From NCBI RefSeq assembly GCF_006345805.1, contig NC_043015.1, forward strand, positions 49,972,001-50,036,000: a DNA stretch of 64,000 nt, given 5' to 3'. Under the pieces are notes generated by a model. That model ran no database searches. It was not told where the DNA came from and saw nothing but the letters and a program-made list of their open reading frames with translations. This document shows positions 53,351 to 64,000 of this stretch, piece after piece (positions within the stretch are counted from its first letter, which is position 1; every line of letters starts with the position of its first letter). Both the position numbers and the translations under genes were made by a program. The DNA is from Octopus sinensis (lineage: Eukaryota).

Positions 53351-56300
53351 AATATATATATAACGGGAAGCTTTATGAAAATAGACAAAAGACGAAGGCA
53401 GGTGGAAAACAAACGAACAATATATATATATTGCAACATAAGAAGCATTCAGTTCACTCTGAGGGTGGTTGGTGTCAGGAAGGGCATCCAGCTATAAAAA
53501 CCATGCCAAAACTGATAGTGAAGTCTGGTGGTCTTCTACCTCCCAGCTCCTGTCAAACTGTCCAACTCATGCCTGCATGGAAAACGGACACTAAATGATG
53601 ATGATATGTAAAGATATATCATCCTTTTAACATCAACTTTTACATACTTGCACGAGTCAGATGGAATTTGTTGAGGCAGATTTTCAAGAGAGATGCCCTC
53701 CCTACTGCTAACCCTCATCTGTTTCCTAGTAAGGTAAGATCCCCCCACATTCCTACGCAAGGCATGTATGAGACCCGTATGACAGTGACACTCATTTACA
53801 ATTACCATGAGATTTCAAGAAAAGGAGACAGAAAACTACACACACAATTACATTATGTGTATGTGTATGTGTGATGGGCTTCTTTCAGTTTTCATCTAAG
53901 AAATCCTCTCACAAGGCTTTAGTTGATCTAGGGCTATAGTAGAACACATTTGCTCAAGGTGTCACATAGTGGGACCAAACCTAAAATCAGTAAACAAACT
54001 TCTTAACCACACACCACAAAGTTATCTTGAATGAACAGCAAGTTGATAAATGAGAGTGAATACATAAGATTTAAAATGTGAAGTTGTGATTTTAATAATT
54101 ATGGAATCAATTCTGGAGCAATTTAACCAACACATAAGCTAAACTATAATTAGTCATAAAAAGGATTTTTTTTTGTTTTGTTTTTTTAACAGAGTAGTCC
54201 CAATATGGCATATAAACCATGAGAAATATTTTGCTAAGTGTTTTCCGCAAGAGTTCAAATAATTTTAGGAATTTTCCCCATCTATGTCTTTCCTTCTGAT
54301 GTAAGTCTAATAATAATATTTTGATGTAAATCACGGTGGCTACCATCTGAATACATAATAACACTGCATAAATAAAACTTTAAAATAATAATATTGTGAG
54401 GTTAGATCTGGACATGCAGAGGGCTTTAGAAAAATGAGATGGCAAATCCGAGCTACCACGAGGGAGGGCAGCGGTGGTGGTGTGGTCCAGTGGCCTGGTG
54501 TTTCAGTTAAGCAACATTTTAATGCTGCTCATAGTATTTTTTTTTTTTTAAAGGCATGAACATCATAACGTCATTCTTTCCTTTGCTTTTAAATGTATAT
54601 TTTCGCAGCAACGTAAAGAAATCACTAATATTCGAAGATTTCAGTGGGTGACAATTTCAAGTGGAATAGAGGGAATCGTGAGTTCGATTGTCACTGTTTC
54701 CTAAAAATTTATAATCATTGTCATAAGAAGAGATAAATGATAATAATTGTATTATCATCCATTGTGTGTGCGTGTTTCGTCAATTTGTTTTAAAATATAA
54801 ACATGGATGACTATATTTTCTTCTATCTAATTAAACATTCCACAGATCAGGTGATCAATAGTTCTTGATCAGATATACACATGATAAAACCAGAGGGAGA
54901 GAGAGAGAGAGATTTATTCTATCCAGCCAAGTTAGCCCTAAGAACAGGGGCATGAAAATCAAGTTACGGAAGGCCGTAAAGTGAAACTCTAGGTAAAATA
55001 TTAAATATTTACTGTAAGGCATTAGAATTTTTTCTTCTTTTTTTTGCATACAATTTCAACATAACAGTAATACTTCCAACCACGTTACGACCCGTATGTA
55101 GAGCTATGGGTAGGTACGTACATGAATTCAGACATAACAGTATCAGTTTAATAAATAAATAAATCAATAAGAGGGATATCGTTAGTGGTAAGCCAACCTT
55201 AATCGCGCAGACCTATATTGATGAGAGACGTTCCACCAATATCAAGACTGCGTCATCTATGTTGTTCTCTTCAGGAAGTACGCTGTGATTCAGCTGCTGT
55301 TTCTAGCTGGTCAAGCACCTACTCTTCAGTTTTGCTGACGAAAACTTAAATCAAAACACTTGCTAAATGTAGAAAGTTTAATGTTTCCAACAAATCATTT
55401 CAACAAAACAAGTTTTAAAAGACACATTATACACAACCCATTCGAGGGTGTAACTTCCTACTTGAAACAAAAATTGCTTTTTCTCTGGATAGATCTTAAA
55501 AACTTGGTTCAATATTTACAAGCACAACAGGAACAAGACAAAATTTAACTATATCAGTATCTGGTTAGTGCTAGGTCAACCCTCATCCAGCAGATCTTAC
55601 TTGCTGTTTTAGCTCCAGGTTAGCCCTCAACGAGCAGATAGATCTATGATCAAAAGTATCCTAAACCATGACAGTCTCACATTTTACCACCGATAAACCA
55701 TATAATCCAACGTGTCCTTTTATCTAAAACGGTAGAAGTTTTGTAATTTAAACGAAAACACTTCTGTTATAATGCTACATAACATGGGCAGTTTAAACCA
55801 ACCAACAAGTTTATTTTTAAATAAAATTCAAACAGTATAAACTCGTTTTAGGAAGCTTAAGTTATAATATATCAATATTCTTCCATTTCGTTGACTACAG
55901 CAATGCACTTGAAAACTGCATTATCTCTTAATTTCCATATAATTTATATATATATAACTATATATAACGCCTACTTTAGTCAACAGGAAACGAAGGCACT
56001 CCGCAATGTTAATCAGATAATTAACTCCATAACACTGAAATGTCACCGAATTTATGCTGCGAAATCTCCACAATGGCACCAATAATAATCATTTCTGTCG
56101 TTGATAGAAGCCCGATGAGGGTGGCGAGAACAGTGGAGAAAACCAACAGTATATATTACTGGTACTTATGTGACCGACTCGCGGAGGGATTGCTACAATA
56201 ATAAACTATTTATTGTGGAAATAACAAACGACAATGCTATTCGACGACGTAAAACTAAATTTTAAATTAAATTGAACACACCCTGAGTCTAAAAGAACAT

Positions 56301-56555
56301 AAGCCACAGCTAAATCGATGTGACTTAGGCAATTGTTTGTTTTTGTTTTTTTTCAAATTCAAAGAAAAGGGTTGTCAGAATATGAAATGTGTGGGACAGG
56401 AAGCACAGAATAATTTATAAACAAACAAATATATTTTGACTACAGTAAACAGATAAAAAAATAAAGTTCGCTATCTCTTGGGTCTGGTAATTACATAACA
56501 TGCAGAAGGTGGAGGAGGGGAAGAGACAAACAATTCACACACGTAAGTACGATTA

Positions 56556-56561
56556 TGTGTG

Positions 56562-56601
<40 letters not shown>

Positions 56602-56630
56602 TACACACACACGTCTGTGCATATATGTGC

Positions 56631-56675
<45 letters not shown>

Positions 56676-56722
56676 TACACACACACGTCTGTGCATATAT
56701 GTGCGTATATATATATATATAA
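56556..56722. repeat. (TA)n/(CA)n compound microsatellite with tandem duplication of acacatatatacacacacacgtctgtgcatatatgtgcg
   Basis: Direct reading. Confidence 0.9.
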
Positions 56723-59227
56723 GTTTAAATACCTACATACAGGTATATATGTGTGTGTGTGTTTAAGTTTATATGCATATTATGTGAAGAAATTCGCTAT
56801 AATTATTGTACATTGGATGGAAACGAGATACGTGCTTCGTGTCATATAATTCATTTCCTATATACTACAACCAAAAAACTCTAAACTCAGGAAAAGAGGG
56901 CGGCCCTCTATGTGGTCACTAACCATACTAAAAACAGCAGCCAAAATCTCCCTGAAATCACACCCTGCAGACTTGGGTGGGGGGAATCAAATTAGAGACG
57001 GATGATGTGGTCTTGGATGCAGCGTAAAGAAATGGTCATGGCTGGAACGTCTTTGATCTATCCGTCCAAATGTGACACGGGTAAAAACGATTGGAAAATA
57101 TAGACGGAGATTGAACATAAATGCGATATACTTACGATGTAAATGGCTGTTCTTAGGTCAATAATAATAACACTAACAACTACTACTACTACTAATAATA
57201 ATAATAATAAGTCTACTATAGGCACAAGGCCTGAAATTTTGGGGGAGGGGACGAGTCAATTTCAGCGACCCCAATACCTTTATCGACCCTCCGAAAGGAT
57301 CAAAGGCAAAGAAGGACCTGGGCAGAATTTGAACTCAGATGGTAAAGTTGGGCAACTAAATGATATTGCAACTTTCTACGTCCTAAAACCAAAACAAACC
57401 AAAATCGAAAACGATGTGAACGATTTCATCGTAAATTTAACATCAAACATAAAGAACAAAAGGTTTTTATGGTTGAGGTTTTTTTGGGTCATAACATTTA
57501 TGTAATGAACTTTTCTACGTACAAACAAAAACAGACGTTGTTTGATTTTATATGGAGAAATGTTGGAGATGGAAACAGCAAAGAATGGAGCTGGATAGTT
57601 TTAGAGACAAACATAAATGTAAGATTACGATACATGTAAAAGTTACAAAAAGAAAAGGGTTTTAAGTGTTTGGTTTGGGACATACCAACATAAATGTGTC
57701 AACTTTGTTTCCTCATTGCTTCTAGGAAAAATGTATATTTTTCAAAATGAAATCTTCTACAAATACACTTCAGATGCTGCAGATTATGATTATATTGGCA
57801 TTTAATGTTAAAAAAAAAAAAGAAAGAAAATTCCAAGGGTGAGGTGGTGAGTTTCGGAAAATTCATACACGTCGACTTTATTGCCTCATATCTTTCAGAA
57901 AATGGGTATATATTTTTTTTTTAATGAAATTTTCTACAGATACTTTCTTAGTATCTAGAATACGATTATATCCACATTTAATATGAAAAACGAAAAATTG
58001 GAGGGTTCACACACACACTAGAACATCCCATTTTTTCCTTTTCTTTGAAGTTTCAAGTTTCATTTTGTAGATATGATATTTGTGATGCGTGCCAGAATGT
58101 ATGCATACAAGCCTGCAATTCTTTTCCGTTTCTCATATTAAATTCCGATATAATCATAATCTACACAATCTGAAAAGCATTTGTAGAAAATTTCATACAA
58201 AAAAATTACCAATTTTTCTGAAAGTTTTAAGAAAACAAAACCGACATGGCAAAAAAAAAATTTTTTTTTTTCACCACAAATTCCAAGAAAATAGGAACCT
58301 GCAACAATCTGATGCGTATTTGTAGAAATTTTCATTAAAAAATAATATAAATTTTTCTCCAAGTTATGAGGCAATGAAATTGGAGAGGCACACGTGTAGG
58401 TGTGCCTGGTTTTGGCATGATCCATAACAATAATAAAAAATAAATATTTCAACTTCCTTCGTCCTAAAACCAAAAAATATGAAAAAAATTCACCAGAAAT
58501 TCAACAAGGAACATAGAATAAGAAGCAAAAGCTTCAAAGAATTCCAGAGTTTAAGTTATATTTTAGCATCATAATATATATATATATATAACACAGTTAA
58601 CTTTCGGGTGTACAATCAAAATAGAGACAAATATTATATCAAGTGATATTTTGCTTCTATGGAGAAATATTGGGAGAAAGAAAACACAAACATAATAAAG
58701 AGGTGGGGATGGTTTTAGAGAGAGACATGATTCGGGGGGAATGAAGGAATAAAAAGGAAACAAAGAAAAGATTTTTGGGTGTTCGTTCGGTCGTAATAAA
58801 TGTTATAACTTTCTACGTTCTTAAAACCAAAACGACATGAAGAAATTCAACCATAAATTTAGCAAGCGACAACACATCAACAACGAGAGAAAGTTCGAGC
58901 TCCATAGCTGTGTTTTGGAATCACACACACACACACCGTATATATATGTGTTGTATGTATTGCAGTAACCTTCCAACGTATAGCCAGAACATTGGAAAAG
59001 ATATTTCAGTGAAATTATTTGCTGCTATGGAGAGATTTGGTGGTGGAAGAGAAACGAAACACAAAACAAACAAACGGCAGATAATGGAGGTGGGTTTAGA
59101 GACAAGACAGACAGACAGACACATAAACATCGGATTCGCGATACGCGTAGACGTGGACGGAAAACGGAGGGGGAAATAAACACAGTGCAAAGGTTTAGAA
59201 CCGCAAAAATCAGAATGGCAAACTTAC

Positions 59228-59350
59228 TGGAATGTAACTGTAATTTCGAAGCAATAATTATTATCAAAGACGGTTGTTGTTGTTTTAAAGTCTACAATAA
59301 TGATAGAGATAACAATAAAACGATAACATTGTGAAAGCACAACATGGCCG
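59228..59350 (-). other. Probable non-coding first exon (TSS position approximate), containing a 17-codon uORF at 59345-59292
   Basis: Donor CCA|GTAAGTT at 59227; YY1-type CGGCCATGTT at its 5' end; lies in the CpG-rich zone; uORF MLCFHNVIVLLLSLSLL*. Confidence 0.55.
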
Positions 59351-59380
59351 ATTCTAATCACGTGGTCCCGGTCACATGAC
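59341..59380 (-). promoter_or_regulatory. Core promoter motifs: YY1-like GCCATGTT, E-box TCACGTGG (59358-59365), M-box/CLEAR-like GTCACATGAC (59371-59380)
   Basis: Three motifs within 40 bp next to the first-exon candidate, in a CpG-retaining region. Confidence 0.55.
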
Positions 59381-59811
59381 AGTCATTCTGCCACTGCACA
59401 TCGACCGTCCCCCCATCCCTCCCTCGTTCTCCTCCTCATCATCTCTCTGCTTTTCGTCCTCTTTCTTTTCATCAAGCGAAGAAGAAAATCTCTACGTCAG
59501 TGATGGGCAAACCTATCTCTTTACTACCCACAAGGGGCTAAACATAGAGGGGACAAACAAACGCATTAAGTCGAATATATCGACCCCAGTGCGACGAAGA
59601 AAATCTCTGCGTCAGTAATGGGCAACCTATCTTCTTTACTACCCACAAGGGGGGGGGGCTAAACATAGAGGGGACAAACACGGACAGACAAACGGATCGA
59701 GTCGATTATATCGACCCCCCAGTGCGTAACTGGTACTTATTTAATCGACCCCCCGAAAGGATGAAAGGCAAAGTCTATACCTCGGCGGAATTTGAACTCA
59801 GAACGTAACGT

Positions 59812-59999
59812 CAGTGATGGGCAACCTGCGGCCCGCAGAGCCCACATGCGGGAAACTCGTGAGACTCTGAGTGGCACGCCTAACAAAAAAAAAAAATTAT
59901 CATCTATTTTGTTTTTTAATAATATGCATGTAACTCTCCTTAGGATGAGATATGTCTCATGCGGCCCTGCTTCTCGTCAAAAAAGGTTGTCCAGGCCTG
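59812..59999. mobile_element. hAT-type MITE
   Basis: CAGTGATGGGCAACCT ... AGGTTGTCCAGGCCTG ends with internal tgcggccc motifs. Confidence 0.7.
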
Positions 60000-61148
60000 T
60001 TCTTAGAATGTGGTTGAAATAACAGTCAAATCACCATTAAAATCACACTCCACCCTAGTGTCAGTGGCGTTGCGTGGAGTGTGGAAAGCGTACGGAGCGG
60101 CCACTGCGTATAAATGTGTTTGATGCAGTCGAAGATACGTTTAAAGTTAAGGGTCAACCAATTTGACTACTGCAGAGGGCGAACAAAACCTACACTACAC
60201 CACCGACTCTTTTATCTGTAAAAAAAAAACAATTGGACATCCATTAGATAATGCAGTCCTACATGTTTCCAGTATTGATGAAGTGGCCACGGCTGGAATG
60301 CCTTAATCTCAGTCTGATCGATCAGGGCTAACTTGGAGCTAACAACAACCATGAAGGCCTCTACCTGTTCGTTCTAGCTGTTAGAAATAGCAACCAAATC
60401 GTCCTCAAATCACATGCTACTATCTAATGAAAGGAAAGAATACACAGGATCTAACCTCCAGACTTCAGATCAACCCTGATCCAGTGAACCTATAATCAAA
60501 AGGTGATCCAGCGGTAACCATCTTGACTTCTTGTTGGTCATAGTCTACCTACGACTACATTATTCAATGTATCCTTCCATATTTTAAGATAGTTGGGTGT
60601 CATCTTTAGTTGATCTCGTTGCCTTTTCAGTTGTTGCCTTACCTGGATCGGCTCTAATCGAGCAAACCTGTTGATCAATGATACTCTAGCCACGACCATC
60701 CTGTCTTTCTAATGTGAGGCATACTATATCGAGAACTCATTATCCATTGTGTTTTTCTTGTTTAAATCCACTATTTGTAAGATATTTGACTGTTATTTCT
60801 AGCGCTTCAAGCAACAGGCAGACGTCACCAATGTTGGCTCGTGCGTATACGTTTGTCTATGTATCCTGTTATTTAGCCCCGAATCAACCCCCGATCTTGT
60901 AAACCCATGTTCCAGCTTTGGTAATACCGTCTTTATTTTTCATACATAGCGCATTTAGAGCTGCATTATCAAATGTGTCCTTCCTGTCTTTTAAAGAGGG
61001 GATGACAGGAGTTGAAGAAGATTTGGTTGCTAATTCTAGCAAATCGAACGACCACAAAGAGGCTCCCTTGTTGGCTCGTTGATATTTTGTTATATAAAGT
61101 TCAGACCTAGCTCAACATTGACCAAGCAGACCAAGTGATCAAAATGTA

Positions 61149-61317
61149 GGTACTACTTAAATATAGAGGTCCCTTAACGGTACTACTTAATTATAGAGGT
61201 CCCGACGCATCTACGTAACCCTAACCCTAAAAACTAACCCTAAAACTAAATCCAACGAGTGTGCACTGTAAAGGCATCGTTACATAGATGCATCAGGGCC
61301 TCTATTTAAGTGGTGCC
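61149..61317. mobile_element. Merlin-type MITE with 8-bp TSD and internal telomere-like repeats
   Basis: Exact TSD aaaatgta (61141-61148 / 61318-61325); GG...CC TIRs with the left TIR tandemly duplicated; internal taaccctaaccctaa. Confidence 0.8.
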
Positions 61318-61529
61318 AAAATGTATAAGGCTTTCAGCCATGATCCTCCTGTAGTGGCTTCATGCAGGTATAGCATGGATTTGATGTGGCCTCTCACGGC
61401 AACCCTACACTATCATTCTAAAAATTAACAGTTACCTTATCAAAATCTCAAAGCTATAGGATAATGCATGATTAATTGAAAACAATGTCACGAAAGAAGC
61501 ATTACTTTTGATAGAATCATCATCATCAT

Positions 61530-61915
61530 GGCGCAGGAGTGGCTGTGTGGTAAGTAGCTTGTTTACCAACCACATGGTTCCGGGTTCAGTCCCACTGCGT
61601 GGCACCTTGGGCAAGTGTCTTCTACTATAGCCTCGGGCTGACCAAAGCCTTGTGAGTGGATTTGGTAGACGGAAACTGAAAGAAGCCTGTCGTATATGTA
61701 TGTGTGTCTGTGTTTGTCCCCCTAGCATTGCTTGACAACCGATGCTGGTGTGTTTATGTCCCCGTTACCTAGCGGTTCGGCAAAAGAGACCGATAGAATA
61801 AGTACTGGGCTTACAAAAGAATAAGTCCCAGGGTCGAGTTGCTCAACTAAAGGCGGTGCTCCAGCATGGCCGCAGTCAAATGACTGAAACAAGTAAAAAG
61901 AGTAAAGAGAGAGTA
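61530..61915 (+). mobile_element. Young full-length SINE family A copy inserted in a (CAT)n tract
   Basis: Complete head-to-tail copy with intact CpGs, flanked by atcatcatc on both sides. Confidence 0.9.
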
Positions 61916-63640
61916 TCATCATCACAATTTAATGTCCATTGTCCATGCTGGCATGGGTTGGACAGTTTGACCGGGACTGGGAAGCTGGAAGGTTGCACCA
62001 GATTCCAGTCCGATTTGGCATGGTTTCTACAGCTGGTTGCCCTTCTTAATGCCAACCACCCCGAGTGCTAATGGGTTAGCTGAAAGAAGAACAGTTTATT
62101 TCAGTAGAATTACGGTAACAAAACGGTTGAAGTGACCTAAATTAAAAACTTCTGTCAACATTTCATGTTACTTTGTTCCAAACACCAGCTTTAATAATGA
62201 AGAATTTATTTTATTAAGTATTTGTGAAGGGAACCTACTTCTCATCGACACCTGTGATTGTCACACGCCAATGACGGGTCAATACTCAGAAACTCGAGTC
62301 CGTGAGTATCATAAGTTGAAGATGGGAAGGATGGCTTCCCTTTGCAAATACTGACAGGGCAGAGAAAGTGTGTCTATAGCCAGTTGGAGGAGGTGTCCTC
62401 CTGGGGCTACAAACTACAGTAGCATCCACCCTTAGGGGTTAGCCATATTTAAATGGCAAATATACGTCACAATGTGTTGTAGCTACTGTTTATAACTCGC
62501 TCTGAGATTTATTATTTATTTTATTAAATTTTTCATTAATTTCAAAATTAAGTGGAACAAAAGTAGGGTATTTCAACAGAAATATGATAACAGAATGGCT
62601 AATAATGGATGAATGTAAACAATTAAAACCCTCAAAGACACTTCAAATGTTAGACTTTATAATCACTGATGGCCACTTGTGGCTGTCTTACATTAATATA
62701 GAAAATTATGTTCCAAAGACAAGCTTTTCAAAGTCAGAATAACTACAAAGCATAAGTAAGAGCCACTCATAATTAAATATTACTCTTAAATTTTGGCACT
62801 AGGCCAGCAATTTTGGGGAAGGGAGAAGCTGATTACATCATCTCCAGTGCTCGTGGAGGTGTGTGGCTTAGTGCTTAGGGATGTTGGCCTCATGTTCATA
62901 AGATTGTGGTTTCAATTCCTGGACCAGGTGACTCATTGTGTTCTTGAGCAAAACCCTTCGTTTCACATTGCTCCAGTCCGCTCAGCTAACAAAAATGAGT
63001 AACCTTACGATGAACTAGTGTCCCATCCAGGAGGATAATTTATATGACATGGAAGCCAGGAAACTGGCCCTTATGAGTCGGTATGACTCGGGAAGGTAAC
63101 TTTACCACCAGTGCTCAACTGCAACACTGGATTAACCATTAAGCAAAGTAAACACGTGCTCAGGGCATCAAGGGTCAAGGGCACCACAGAAATGAAAATG
63201 GGTTACAGCACAAAAGAAATCACTCTAGACTTGCTAAAATAAGGCTCGTAATGCCTTATCTCTACTAAGTATAGAAGCAGAAGTTTTATGTAAAATTAAT
63301 TTTAACGATATCATTGAACACTTTGCAATTAAAAGAACAAAACAAAGGAAACACTTTTCAAATATAAACAAGAGCACTTAGAGAGCACAAACCTCCACCA
63401 AGGCAACACCAATATCCTCTCAACGATTTACTCTTTTATTTGTTTCAGTCATTTGATTGGCCATGCTGGAGCACGACCTTTAGTCAAATAAATCAACCCC
63501 AGGACTTATTCTTTGTAAGCCTAGTACTTAGTTTATTGGTCTCTTTTGCCGAACTGCTAAGTTACAGGGACGTAAACACACCAGCATCGGTTGTCAAGCA
63601 ATGCTAGGGGACAAACACAGACACACAAACCTATACACAC

Positions 63641-63675
<35 letters not shown>

Positions 63676-64000
63676 ATGGGCTTCTTTCAGATTCCATCAA
63701 CCAAATCCACTCACAAGGCTTTCATCGGCCTGAGGCTATAGTAGAAGACACTTGCCCAAGGTGCCATGCAGTGGGATTGAACCTGGAACCATGTGGTTGG
63801 TAAGCAAGCTACTTACCACGCAGCCACTCATATGCCTATGGATTAGCCAGAGATGATTTTTAAAGTGAGGATATCTGAAATAAGCGACTGCTCTCACAAA
63901 TGAAAATACAAAAAAAATTAACCTGATTGCTCTCAAACGGAATAATAATCCAAATATATATATATTGAGTGAGAGGTGAAGGGAGAGAAGATGAAATACT

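Noticed and set aside
54455-54475. CTCF-like motif ccacgagggagggcagc
   Set aside because: Spacing does not fit the consensus; single imperfect match
57129-57160. Micro-exon with GTAAGTA donor on the minus strand
   Set aside because: Acceptor lacks a convincing pyrimidine tract; cannot be supported without RNA data
61214-61250. Telomere or chromosome-fusion relic
   Set aside because: Only a few degenerate TAACCC units, enclosed by MITE TIRs and a TSD

Overview
Eukaryotic, AT-rich, repeat-dense animal DNA. The SINE families and (TA)n-embedded elements look like an octopus (coleoid cephalopod) genome, which is an inference from repeat recognition. The window appears to hold the 5' end of one minus-strand gene. 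It has a CpG-rich promoter with YY1, E-box and M-box motifs (~59.34-59.38 kb), a non-coding first exon (~59228-59350) and a probable 5'UTR exon (41616-41734). The first coding exon (875-994) encodes a signal-peptide-like N-terminus, MLEYYIGHITLLYAVFIVCFFHITLIAADVVV, most like RNF13/godzilla-type PA-RING ligases (tentative). The ~58 kb of intron is filled with tRNA-derived SINEs, RTE/CR1 LINE fragments, mariner, Tc1 and Merlin transposase remnants, hAT/piggyBac/Merlin MITEs, a Helitron and a Helentron-type element. The most unusual signals are structural. (1) Short non-coding elements inserted in (TA)n tracts carry minimal hammerhead-ribozyme motifs and/or inverted 'palindrome + tail' architecture (Penelope-like; best case 52722-53350). 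(2) A 118-bp palindrome occurs twice. (3) A ~590-bp-arm inverted duplication shows one-sided CpG decay. (4) Several further fold-backs would make dsRNA in the pre-mRNA. Nearly all listed ORFs are repeat-derived noise. All calls come from reading by eye; no alignments or searches were run.
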